From NCBI GenBank assembly GCA_001724265.1, contig MEDY01000072.1, forward strand, positions 62,001 through 107,250: a DNA stretch of 45,250 nucleotides, in the 5' to 3' direction. Source of the stretch: Rhizaria sp. SCN 62-66 (lineage: Eukaryota). The notes under the pieces were generated by a model. That model saw only the letters and a list, made by a program, of their open reading frames with translations, was not told the DNA's origin and did not search any database. Position numbers and translations under genes: made by a program. Below, in pieces: positions 23,001 to 30,083 of this stretch (positions are counted from its first letter, which is position 1; each line of letters opens with the position of its first letter).

Positions 23001-24237
23001 TCGACGGCAGCTCGGCCTCCGCCGCCGCCGGGTCCAGCGCCTGCAGCAGCGCGTCGGGCAGCGCGCCGCCGCTCGCCTGCTGCGCGCCCGCATGCGCGCT
23101 CGCGTATGCGCTCGCGCCGACGGCTGAGCCATACGACGAGCTGGATGGCGTGCGCGACAGCGCGGTCAGCGTCGAGGCGTGCGCGGACTGCGCAAGCGCC
23201 TGCGCCTGCAGCTGGAACGCGGGCACTGAGAGGCGCGTCACGGCCGCGGGCGCGGACACGCTTGCGCTCGCAGCAGCCGCGGCGGCCGTAGCAGCGGAGC
23301 CGTTTGACGCGCTTGAGGGGGTGCGCGAGAAGGACGGGGGGCCGCCGCTGCTGCGGCCACTGGCGCGGCCGCTCGCGGCGGCGTTATTGACCGGCGTTGC
23401 CGCCACTGAAACTTCTAAGGGACGCGCGTCGAAGTGCCGTCCGTCTAGGAGGGGCCGAATGACTGTGGGCTCCTCGCGCTGCGTCTCAAGCATCGCTGAG
23501 AACCTGCGCGGGGTGACTGGCATCGCAGCTCCACTGCCGCCGGCAACAGCGCCAACAGTAGCACCAGCACCAGCGCCAGCGCCAGTGCCAGAGACAGAGA
23601 GAGAGAGAACACCGCCAGGTGCGGTCGCCGCGGACGCGGGGCTCGCTGAGAAGGTAAACGCGACGCTTGTGCCGCTGCGGGGACTGGCGCGCGCGCTGGA
23701 ACCGCCGCTGCCGCCGCCGGGGCCGCCAAGGGCGACGACAGAGGCGGGGAAGGAAGAGCGTCGCGCGGGCGAGACGGGCTCCGTCACGCGCACGGCGCCC
23801 GCGGCAAGGGGGTGCTCCTCCGTAGCCAGCGCGGCGAGCGCCTCGGGCACGCGCGCGCCCGCCGCGCCCGCGGGTGGCAGCTGCAGGGACGCCGAGGGCG
23901 AGGGCGACGCTGAGAAGGCGGAGACGGCCGCGAGCGTCGCCGGTGGCAGCAGCGGGTCGACGAGTGAATGGTACAGCTGCAGGGAGTCCTTGCGCGCGTG
24001 TGAGGGCCGCAGCGTGGGGCGCGCGGAGACGGCAGGCCTGGGGCCGGCCTCGGGGGAGCCTGAAGCGGCAGCCGCCGGAGCAGCAGCAGGAGCAGCAGCA
24101 GTTGAAGACGACGAGGACGTCGGAGCTGCAGCGGCTGGAGCGGAGGCCGCAGGGGGCAGCAGAGGGCCCAGCGTCAGCGGGGGCACTGACAAAGACGGCG
24201 GGGGAGGCGCGCGCCCGCTGCCGTGCAGAGAAGACAT
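8092..24237 (-). CDS. Giant (~5,381 aa) Ala/Ser/Gly/Pro-rich protein of unknown function, apparently intronless, with a split EF-hand-like core
   Basis: 16.1 kb open frame with consistent composition, bounded by AT-rich DNA. First ATG 24237 (MSSLHGSG); stop TGA. Globular-looking blocks at ~17518-18522 (QGD..., RFW, Y..LH.RI.RAL, DW..D, F...LFEISDLW, Y..FL). Confidence 0.8.
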   Translation of the reverse strand: MSSLHGSGRAPPPPSLSVPPLTLGPLLPPAASAPAAAAPTSSSSSTAAAPAAAPAAAASGSPEAGPRPAVSARPTLRPSHARKDSLQLYHSLVDPLLPPATLAAVSAFSASPSPSASLQLPPAGAAGARVPEALAALATEEHPLAAGAVRVTEPVSPARRSSFPASVVALGGPGGGSGGSSARASPRSGTSVAFTFSASPASAATAPGGVLSLSVSGTGAGAGAGATVGAVAGGSGAAMPVTPRRFSAMLETQREEPTVIRPLLDGRHFDARPLEVSVAATPVNNAAASGRASGRSSGGPPSFSRTPSSASNGSAATAAAAAASASVSAPAAVTRLSVPAFQLQAQALAQSAHASTLTALSRTPSSSSYGSAVGASAYASAHAGAQQASGGALPDALLQALDPAAAEAELPSSAHAGDITRRTRAFARTLRAHVAASMATLHSNIANNSNASSSNNDVIARALAQAKAAAGGALTPLQLQQLQFQLQQQHGSGSGSSSDADSAGDGATAQRGAGVKGGAARSGASLSSSSLTGGYVLGSALSKSERSAGRRAMRAAHSYAGVAPLIPTHSLSHSHARHNAPLVPANALPGPSEGNDTEADEDEAEDEGAEHSYFFFDGVARGGVRGGAGKGSRRASTAASALMLHNSAAAGTASAPTAAGLPSTGARHRPLRPRVPARALAAANAAAAESESGSKSATAAPSTPATAAAAATPVSAAAAAERVLATPALLSAALEALTARERAAAALDGDGAGVRGGVRGGPAGGSRARLTAQAALSAYNEDVEFASSGSDSQSQSASQSRAQSPAFALASVSASTSGGRVTNLRINTGAATGAETAAATPANVTTIASAAASGGVAPTPRTAAAQAAAFPAYRSDITTEDEAARAAQLSAGPRVGSRPRSLAASARASRRPSTLPASAAAAAAATAAAASAAAAAAAVPARPSVSTPGVLDDLDGQLLLPAAGFPDPRSPGGGVGDDYDGDAAYDGGDYDGGEAGDFLAPKADKSREAVIVARARDLTRRRSLSVAYDGFAESGAAAEVAAAVAAAAAAAHADAASAAGAFRGGESDSDSAFSSPRTSGRWGAGARRSSSRNDQSLAQGHGHGRGAAQALSPGAVAFLASTSPPPVHAALGATLRTLLPATAPAAAAVAAAAVAAAAVASAAPGAGSVTAKTGHHSALAHGSGAHARLVDTARWSSPWLLTGSSDAADAAAVAAATAAAPSGTATLTATQRLPGGLALAVPPSANTLTNNGNSTAILDDAVDISDDDAPDTIDALTDARLRRAKPVNEPVSPTSAAAAAVAAAAAAAAAAADSHSARYGRAAGVLRKLDFAVAAESDRPEHGLGALSSPGARARSRAARSQHGRSSVGDATGDSDADDSDSLSGSTGPDADAGAGSGAGAGAGARAAPALRDGAALVAARAAAFSDDPHPLPQAPAAAAAALSLTQSQSREQQPRQLAARSTMPVPEQDLEQATVQRRALARASLLSPAAMRTQQLRTLPPVAAAAAVRAAGGAVAAPPGSDDPDGDGRRGLSSDDYDDDDDHALDGKANAGDTKSNRSMGDDADGSRTLAKAMAKIALARERKAAIAAAAAAANTAAVPAASQSPPAESTMTAAEAAAAVAAEHAAAEAAQAAAHLAAARAREAQWQQAAKMALRGAEWVGQRARTRDAAERRRRRETQRRRALRATAALSGADGEAAALALSDDEDEDEAWAWAQSSAISTKVPPIDAAVAASAAAATEGAASATRSSRMNARGSLPPLSAEVPEGGDVSRVTWCLRAARRARARAREMFVHEELTAVVPLHAVGHRHGHSRGLSARRDTAPAAPGASGKAPRGAAVGAKASRKGKGSACAHPDVCKNSCRLHRPSTPAPASPAQPTEVAALAAAVAAEQAAANGGILTGGPVYAVQGDASFDSAEVVRLRRLFYQNPLLRRRLDRFWSFFFGPLPATTARRAASATQGAEEEDPEAEALRLLLRVHVDPTSGPTAAAAASTDSDDDDSEAKSNGGVNAKGSPAKTVSSIDADPAVTAAASAAAASAVSAARKDAAPSSRARLSFAQYSWLHARIARALYGRAWSPVLGAQLCLADWRRDLELDPSPGRRLLAARAKVAAVTTAAAAAAAAPAAAAVPSFASSLKRVESRGSTRAAAATATINARASGTQKFAALPLPAPTAAVPPATAKVAVTAGVTATMDDSAVSALSLSLEGFRRGLFEISDLWTATVDLTDYIVFLDTLLCKVAVAALPAVTVDAAGVTRVGGVPVPSLRDVVAAAQAEVAEENRRRALRGLPPLPRAPLPELDAVGAAGAGDGARGHGDDSDVDGSVTPRQPGESASSWAQRRRAARRRARRSRNGGAGSDSAGSDSDSGSNSFSDEDSDHDPLSDGVNSDGSPRKRGRGKGKGKGQDKNALVRKSSVDARYEAAARDLGLWGLDSDSDADIDAANAAAEAEAAADAKADAAEAAAVAAAATAGLSARGSGAAAMRAAQQRRQERVRAAAERAAERERRVMGITLQLRRLGLLSSEHVVEADADALELLETAIRDAEAASDVASENNGGGGAADAVAARRGGGLASLTADATLLAHTDAVGYVPRAKRGGGGDWISDDGLAATLGSVADAAASFTGSFVSETGSFGDGASGLQSPVVTEATPMGTPLLARQRTSTALSAGGATPTAGFGAGAGLLGSSSSLALLALPEGAGVAGLLRFFAVLRAALAQTAAWSQDRCVDAVDSLLALTSVLSGSGASTSGNGAGDAPRFGPLADPALLPEDLTRVERWRRLGEPDQDIEAADEIARAQQSAKQKGKGKGKTVHTGGLAGAGWAMDDAPSDSDTSSNSDSGSDSDSESNKNRPNSNSVRDDTTTSSSNNASLSANSSGGVSASSDDFAFTLRPAMASLAPHALAPLVLGAVAEADDEEDTADAHTAASRRPPSAAATPSGAVSGSLRPRSELAAASVAAARRGTPTLTTPRARARAYAAAVAALTPRSAAAALPRPPELADDRVGRVGKTEPKLLEDTEDEDQEDEEEEEDEEDNVARLLARPDTAPPLPRFLLTSIPRGRRAQDWAAWEAWATEADADDATALAMADDPARFIDFWREKEAAAAAAAAARAEARERRRAARRARREALARAAAGLLDIPALAGSLPEHSRLHLERLNRLRSSREPLAMTSVTPFVVDTASGHALLSPATGMDALVAAVNGGNTAHYHHHAADAHEHDTGSPSLRVTRPRASRVGSIDAMPSFVRAPSLSQLHPSLRLLATAAAAPGVGQGLGAEAVSKTLAAAPSAPVASASGSARALRVNPMLYPSLLLSVASLTKPVFAAVGPPGSSPAAAAMSTAITALAPAPVVAALRERLQQATTQAAAETHARGRGAVGHCVRVPPEVARLTTVLALTFCVWDARVTAAAARAFVTTADLESVPPRLVPGFAPPPITVITVGAAHAAATAGIEGKSAESKGAAPAGTASASAVASGVFAASLQSLLGCAEPLILESLRTVVSASAALHPVPPAVLAAAAAAAAAQAAAPSSPPTPLRRGLSVAASPVPGSVSLPSLPATNDVAAPATRHIARRLPFVLGSAGSEGDEAVDAANVATTLRAPEAVSMMHTTNSASAPAPPDQSNTSSPQAGTALSLNNQLGFPPLSITLTASSGSLLTPLQSQRQQPSASHTLQPYQQPHTRQSHTGMLATPALTPAHALALATPTAEAATPLGLSAAMTAAPTPAPSALLDEYEAARAAAARAAREQRKQSLAAQLVDRNERRGSSAMPMLTQHARAAARRESLARRDSNGALLGSYPSTSATAAATPTPAAEAVAAAAVQLQQQMQNGANPSWDAAAHQAAALRALLPSVLTVSHLDLLARDASSTSAAAELFDTPDALTLHALCGSDPLGPAALNAAAVLPQAWAVYVRLAAPLAAALHAIHLALRAREVAAANTPGGAALVVLASPSTSAPLSAALAHTVKVTVRAARRAVGLCAGVLTVMRVRAAENTALLARTAARLRFRALQRALFSAITRAFPAPRIPRRAAHASIAPSAAGSAAGSRIPSPSHTPALGTPGFGSPTPVFATAPGAGPLLLSTHGTSGAAPAAPGLSPQLLSAATPTLPAPDSAGFFAPPSGPDTVSPPSAAPSAPASPLPAPAAAQTPVAGSATPIPTVSSVSSQWSPLWTAARHRAAQQALLPLLAAHTANANAVANTLIAADALAAFSPLALLTKVIRAAALPLAPLPSSAAAARAMGPPARAPAVAERIEAFRRWAVTTLAPPAAAAVGSPAPRGRRAAGVLRTPLVGSGGAAAVAAAAAGRAKLEWTEESARRPQRLVVDRASRTAAGSAAAQLMPPGAESLARPPTPSAPRSPGLSSGEGPRGDTPRGSTHVDAESAFNSLYARQQQNRPRGFGGLGAFAEEEQPEPEHAANAEATAAATSEADSATGPVEGGVIATPATAASAGATASQALLKTANRSLMRVARAAEAAATGAGDSDAAVVESDLLYLAVGALPPPPPPARSLGSLEPTRARFAATAPAACARAAAAGAAAAAAEAAADALIVSTAFAARIEPPQRPTGTLSSSPYSVGASGAPGAGPGTGPGGAHLATVSFGARAGDGAGDSALKSWLGGNSAGGGSGLGGVLGLRHARPAHAAAAAIIAARATITAPSIAAVPRAPASATAALAASASPSRPGTAAGGYVSGDEGGRFVHSLRSDGARVLSPVPGAGATTAATMRESFAALHELAGPSAAIMAAAAAAAALTENNGSGRPSRRRGPPPAELPQLPAYSAQAPADTAAAAEAVEAESARSAAASATATKRDWSRVAITPRARGRFEHHFQGLGNLPRPDVYTALTGLPVPLPGGASASSAGTARSSTYSTAMASGRVMPSSAASGGARSAAVAASTGHIATERQRAPLAVAASLGAAFAPDSARATAALLTTHASAPTGASTARVVSNAAPGVAAARARALSFARAQTGRAAPRVFTRSAPTYDQEGAVNKTTDPESVAAAVTVMPASVGGSVTASPELPDGAESRPYTAGAAYGAYNAHVLPLSPRDADGNAQYFAPQNTYQTTSQMQSQSLLHAHAQDYGSGAAVGVGGYNVDDSARGWSSQSARSHALSQAHMPPQAQTHAAGHSRATASSLAQQQLPFRQPPPLLLFSTVPNAHAGSQDAVDWAPHAAAPAAPSMFLAMGSASARAATAAGPGARVRRGAGDARRLDLSLRHGRVLAPTTLGQAAALLTSGVAPVALAPGVNARAAAGSATAAADATAVALGGTALNARGVPLQQTAAGATIGGALGKGAPAAMVAAAARPAASRPERRQLVADASLRGSTAVAERLALARAAAERAGGVPTVLVVPDVVKQWLQQQLPPLQQQHPTVSPRATAAAEADTQQGDDEFM

Positions 24238-24651
24238 CGGCGCGGGGTCGAGGGCGCGGGAACGAGGGGAGGCGAACGCCAACGACTGACTGTGTGTGGT
24301 TGCCAAAAGAGAGAGAGTGTTTTGCTGCGAAAAGGGAATTACGGGAAAAATAAATACAGATAAGTAAGCTCAATGTATTAATATTGTACATATCCAAAAA
24401 CTGACTTCATTGACGACCAGAGCATCGAAATCAGCAAGGTTTTTTTACACCAGTAACGTCTCGCCTTGCTCTCTGCAAAGTTTGGCTGGGCCACCGTTCC
24501 TAAAAATTCCGACCTACCGCCGAGCGAGGCAAAGCGAGGGGGGTGCGTGACGGCCTGCTCGGGAATCGAGGTGGTTTGTGTTACCCGGACAGGAAGTAGG
24601 TGGAATTAACTTTTCGCCCACGTGTGTTTGGTTATCTAAAAACAGTTAGAC

Positions 24652-27083
24652 ATGACTGCTAAGAAGGCGACGGCCAAGGCCGGCACTATGCTCAAAAAGG
24701 GCCAGGTCGCTCGCGCTGCCCAGTTCGTGACTCGTAACAAGGTTCGTCCATCCGCAAATCGTCTCGTTCATCCCACCGCCGCCACTATAATCGCATTCAG
24801 CGCTCACGCTTACGTTTGTCACCCTTTCTTCTACAGGCTCTTGACAAGCTTCAGATCAGCCTCAAGGATTTCCGCCGGCTGTGTATCCTCAAGGGCATCT
24901 TCCCCCGTAACCCCCCGAAGATTAAGAGTACGTCTTCCTCCCTTCTTCGCGCCTCGATTTCATTCCCTTTTGCATCCGTTTTCGCTCTCGGCTTGCTTTG
25001 ACCACATAGCTCATCTCTTTTTGCTTCTATTACTGCTTCGTTTTTCCCCCTCTCCCTTTCCTCGGCGAGCACAGACAAGGCGCAGACGTACTACCATGAG
25101 AAGGACATCAAGTTCCTCTTGCACGAGCCGCTGCTGCAGAAGTTCCGCGACCTCAAGGTGTACCTCAAGAAGCGCACCCGCTTCGAGGGCCGCTACGAGC
25201 AGAATCTTGCGGACCGTCTTAAGGCGCCCGTAATGAACCTGAACCACCTGATCAAGGAGCGCTACCCGACCTTCGTCGACGCGCTGCGCGACATGGACGA
25301 CGCCTACTCGACGCTCTTCCTCTTCCGCTCCGTCAAGGTGCGTCTCGCGCGCGCCCTCACGGCCGAGCGCATCGCTAACCTGGACCGCCTGTGCGAGGAG
25401 TGGCTCTACACGTGCGCGCAGACCAAGATTCTGCGCAAGGCGTTCATCTCGGTCAAGGGCTACTACTTCCAGGCCTACTACAAGAACTCGCAGATCACGT
25501 GGCTGGTGCCGCACAAGGTCGTCCAGAACACCCCTGGCGACATTGACTACAACATCATGGCGACCTTCGTGCAGTTCTACGAGACGATGGCCAAGTTCGT
25601 CACGTTCAAGGTCTGCAAGGACGAGAGCGTGCCTTACCCGCCCCTGCTCGGCGACGACTTCGAGCGCGCCCAGGTCAGCGCCGTCTTCGGCGCCAGCAGC
25701 GCCAACACCGCCGCCGCCGCCGCCACCAAGGGCGGCAAGGCCGGCAAGGGCGCCGCTGTGACTGCCTCTGCGTCGACCGCGCAGGTCAAGGCCTCGTCCG
25801 CCGCGGCCGCTGCGGCCGCGGCCGAGGACGCCGCCGACGCCGCTGAGGCCGGGGCGCAGGCCAAGTCCGCGGCGAGCGCCGACGGCGACACGACTGCGTT
25901 CCACGCGCTGGACCCGAACGCGCTGCCGCTGATGGACGCCAACGCGGCCAAGCAGGCCGTGCTCTTCGCCGACATGGTCGTTCTGGTCGCGCGCGAGGTG
26001 CCCTTCGAGCCCATCGCCTTCGTCATCCGCTCTGGCGGCGGCGTGGCCCTGGGTGAGTCGTTCCTCACGGTCGAGCAGGCCAAGAGCACCAAGTTCACGC
26101 ACCAAGTCGTGGACCGCCACGCGCTGTTGTCGTACTTGCCCTCGCGCACGTACGTTCAGCCGCAGTGGGTCGTCGACTCGTTCAACGAGCGCCACCTGCT
26201 GCCTACCGAGCCCTACGCCGCGGGCGCCAAGCTGCCGCCGCACCTGTCGCCGTTCGTCAACGACGAGCGCGTGGGCTACGTGCCCGAGCAGCGCAACGTG
26301 CTGCGCAAGTGGGTCGGTCTGGCGCCGATCCGCGAGGGCGCGCAGGTGAGCCTGAAGCGCGAGCCCACTGCCGAGGAGGCGGCCGAGGCGCAGGACCAGG
26401 AGGACGAGGCCGAGTACCGCAAGGGCATTCAGGCCGAGGTCCGCGCCGCGCGCAACGAGTCGCGGCTCATCGACGCCGCGGAGAAGAAGCAGCAGGCCGC
26501 CAAGGATCGCAAGAACGCCAAGAAGGAGCTGGCCAAGCCCGCCGACGCCGCCACCGCCACCAAGGCCAAGGCCCAGCAGGCCAAGCAGCAGGCCCAGGAC
26601 GACGACGACGACGACGACGAGGAGGAAGAGGAGGACGGCGAGGAGTTCGAGTTCCAGGCCTCCGACATGGAGTCGGGCGACGAGGGCGCGGGCTCTGACG
26701 ACGACGTCGAGATCGACGGCGACGTCGACGGCGTGGACAACGACGACGATGACGACTCCGAGGACGAGCTCGATGACGAGGAGGCCGAGACCACCGCCGC
26801 GGGCGCCAACGACGACGAGGACGATGACGACGAGGACGACGAGGACGGCACCGAGCACGCTAAGGCCCCGCGCCCCAACACCTTCAACCAGCGCAACTCT
26901 GAGCGTGAGCTGGCCAAGATGATGCTCAAGCGCCGCCACTCGTACATCATCAACGAGAAGGACCGCAAGAAGAAGCTCTCAGCGCAGAAGGCGCAAGTTC
27001 TGCAGGTCAAGCGCGACGCGCACGCCGCGGGCGTCGAGAACCCCGACCTGCCCAAGGTCCACCGCAAGCGCTTCCGCAAGTGA
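24652..27083 (+). CDS. PES1: Pescadillo (60S biogenesis; BRCT domain); exons 24652-24741, 24837-24927, 25075-27083, 729 aa
   Basis: [41 protein letters not shown]...[60 protein letters not shown]...THQVVDR...[27 protein letters not shown]; stop TGA. Confidence 0.97.
24742..24836 (+). other. Spliceosomal intron 1 of PES1 (95 nt)
   Basis: GTTCGT...CTACAG; removal gives the conserved TRNK|ALDKLQ. Confidence 0.9.
24928..25074 (+). other. Spliceosomal intron 2 of PES1 (147 nt)
   Basis: GTACGT...pyrimidine tract...CACAG; phase-1 join gives PKIK-N-KAQTYYH. Confidence 0.85.
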
Positions 27084-27497
27084 AGTGCGAGTGAAGCGAA
27101 GTGTGCATTGAGCGCGAAACGTGACACAAAGCGTCAAGAACAAATATGTGACTGTATGTCGCTGTTGTGCTGTGGATGTTGACTGATTGCTTTCAGTTGT
27201 TGTTGCTTTTTCATGACACTGCATTGGAAGTGCCAGTGTAGTGTTTGTTAGTTTAAGTCAATCAACTCTAGTTCAAAGTAAGTCTACTGCTTTGCAAGAA
27301 GCGACGCTTATCTTCTTTATATATGATCAAGTCTTTTTTCATTTACATCGTTCGTTGTATAAAACAATACAAACAAGAAAACTAATAACAAGCTGTATTA
27401 TATCATCTTGATCTGAGACTATGTAATGTTGAAAAAAGCTATCTACTCGGTGTTTTCAAAAATGTACAAAGTTGTTTGTGTGAGCTTGATATCACTC

Positions 27498-29991
27498 TCA
27501 CTTCTTCTTGCTGCCCCCGCTGGTTCTGTCTCCGCGGAGGATCGCGGTGGCGAGCTTGTACTGTGACTGGAACTTACGCCGCTGGTCGTCAACGGTGCGC
27601 CGCCGCGCCGCCTGCTGCTGCTCTCCGGACCGCACGGCGCGCAGCGTGTCGTACTCCTGCGCAAAACATGACAAAACACAATAAAACAAAACAAAATGTT
27701 AGCGTAACAAAAGGAATAGCTTGGTATTGAATATGAATTCAAGAATCTACAGATTTGCGTGTCACATAACAGCTTATGAATACGCACCCTACTTCGTGCG
27801 CCGGCAAGGAACTTGGCAAGCTTCTCCTGTCCCTTCGTCGCATCAAGTAGCAACGCGCCGTACTGCGTACTGCCGCCGGCCCCGCTGCCGCCGCCGCTGC
27901 CACCGCTGCCGCGGTTGGCGAAGCCGTGATTGGCGTAGCCCGCAGGCAGGCCGCCCGCGGTACCGTTGCCAATATCGTTGTTAAAGTCACTGTCGTCGTC
28001 GCCGTCGTCGTAAGCCGCGTTGTCATCATACGAAGGTTGCTGAGACTGCTGCTGCTGCTAGCTACGCTGCTGCTCCTGCGCCATCTCCTGCTCTTTGCGC
28101 GCGGCAGCCTGTACTGCGAGCGCCTGCGCCGATAGCGGCGGCGGCGCGCGGGGTGGCACCGGCAGACTCCCGCTCTGCGACTGCGAATGTGTCTGATGTG
28201 AGGGTGCCTGTGTAGACTGTGCGCGCGATTGCGAGCTGGGGTAGACCTGGTCATCGACGTCATCGACACCACCGTGAGGGTGACTGTGAGCAGAGTGACC
28301 GTGGGCAGAGTGACCGTGAGCGTGGTCGGCGGCGGACTGGGCCAGAGCGCGGCGACGCACTTCAGGACTCTTGTCGCGTTGCTGAGAGCGCTGCGACTGC
28401 TGCTGCGGCTCGCAGCCGCGGTCACGCTGGTCACGATCACGGTCACCGTCACGGCGCTCGCGGCCTCGAGGCTGCGACGTCTGAGACTGAGACTGAGACT
28501 GCGCATGCGGGGGAGGTGAGGCGCTGAGGCCCCTCAGGTCCGCCCCCGTCACGACCACCGGAACTGGCACCGACGCGGCCACCGCCGGGGCAGAGCTGGA
28601 GGCTGTGGCAGCAGTCGCCGAAGGAGCACTCTCATTTGCAAGCTCTTTCTGCTTCTCCTGGTGACGGCTGGCCTGCTGACGACCGGACTGAGGCCGCTCC
28701 CGGCGCTGCTCATGGTCACCCTGCTGCTCGCGGTCGTCCCGCGCTTGCGCGTGACTGTGACTGTGCTCCCGACTGCCACTGCCACTGCCACTGCCACTGC
28801 CACTGCCACTGCCACTGTGGCTGCGGCTGCGATGAGCGCCATCCGAGTCGCCATCGCTTTCGCTGTCGGGGATGTACACCGCAGAGGCCAGCAGCGCGGC
28901 CTCTTGCTTCGTCACGCCACCGGTAGCGCTTGCGCTGCGGTCGATAAAGCCAGCAGCGCGGCTGGCGGAGCCGGGGCGAGTGCTGTCTGCAGTCGCGGGC
29001 CGGCTGCCTGCGCCCCGGGCCATAGGGCTACGCTGAGCGTCGGTGGCGCCATTCATATCGCCCGCAGCGCCACTGCCAGCGCCAGTGCCAGGGCCGGTGC
29101 CGGTGTTGATGCGCGCCACGGCAGAGGACGGGCGACTGCGACCAGCGCCTGCGGTGGTGCCCGCGTTAGCGCCAGTACTCATCGCGGCCGACGGCGAGTT
29201 CGCAGTCGGCTGGCCGCCGGTGCTGCCGCTGTGGAAGAAGCCGCCGTTGCGGGCACTGGGAGACGGAATCGAGAGCGATGCAAACAGCTTTGCGTTGCCC
29301 GATCCCGCGCCCACCGCAGGTACCGCGCTGCTGTGTGCATTTGCGTGATTGGACCCGGCTTGCGCCGCATGAGAGTTTGCGCTCGCGACCGAGTTGCCGT
29401 GCGTCGAGTCAGCCGTGGCGGAGTCGAGGCTCTGCGCGCGCGGGTACTGCGGGCGCGCGCCGGGGGCCGCCGACCGCGGCCGCGCGCGCCCCCGCTGGCC
29501 GCGCTGCACGAACCGGCCCCCGCCAAAGCCCTGGCCCTGGCCCTGGCCGCCGCCGTGGCCGTGCGCAGGACTGCCGGGCCGGCGCACCGCGGGCGCGCGG
29601 GAGCCTGCTCCGCCGCTGCTGCGCGAGCTCAACGTAAACGCGGCGACGGCGGCGGCGGACGGAGAGGCGCCGTTACCTGCCAGCGCAGCCGCAAGGGCCG
29701 CCGAAAGCCAGTCACCGTTGCCTTTGCCGTTGCCGTTAGCGCCGCGACTAGAGCCGCTCGTGTCGGTGTTACCGTTCGCGGCGCCGTTACCGTTCGAAGT
29801 CGGGCCAAGTCCGTAGCGCGCGTGCATCGCGGCCACTTTACCGTCGTTGCTCGCGCCGTTGCTGCTGTTGTTGCTGCTCGCGTGGCCGGCGGCTGCTGAG
29901 GGCGACGGCGCGGGGCCGCGGACGGGCCCTGCGGATTGCGGCCGGCCGAACCGGGGCCGCGGCGACGAGTGCGGCTGCTGGGCCTGCTGCG

Positions 29992-30083
<92 letters not shown>

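Noticed and set aside
8096-24397. Dozens of long overlapping or antisense ORFs (e.g. 14636..17104 +, 18043..20625 +)
   Set aside because: Shadow frames expected in very GC-rich coding DNA; no motifs, and they mirror the real minus-strand frame.
25011-26939. 642-aa antisense ORF over pescadillo
   Set aside because: Antisense shadow of a strongly codon-biased gene.
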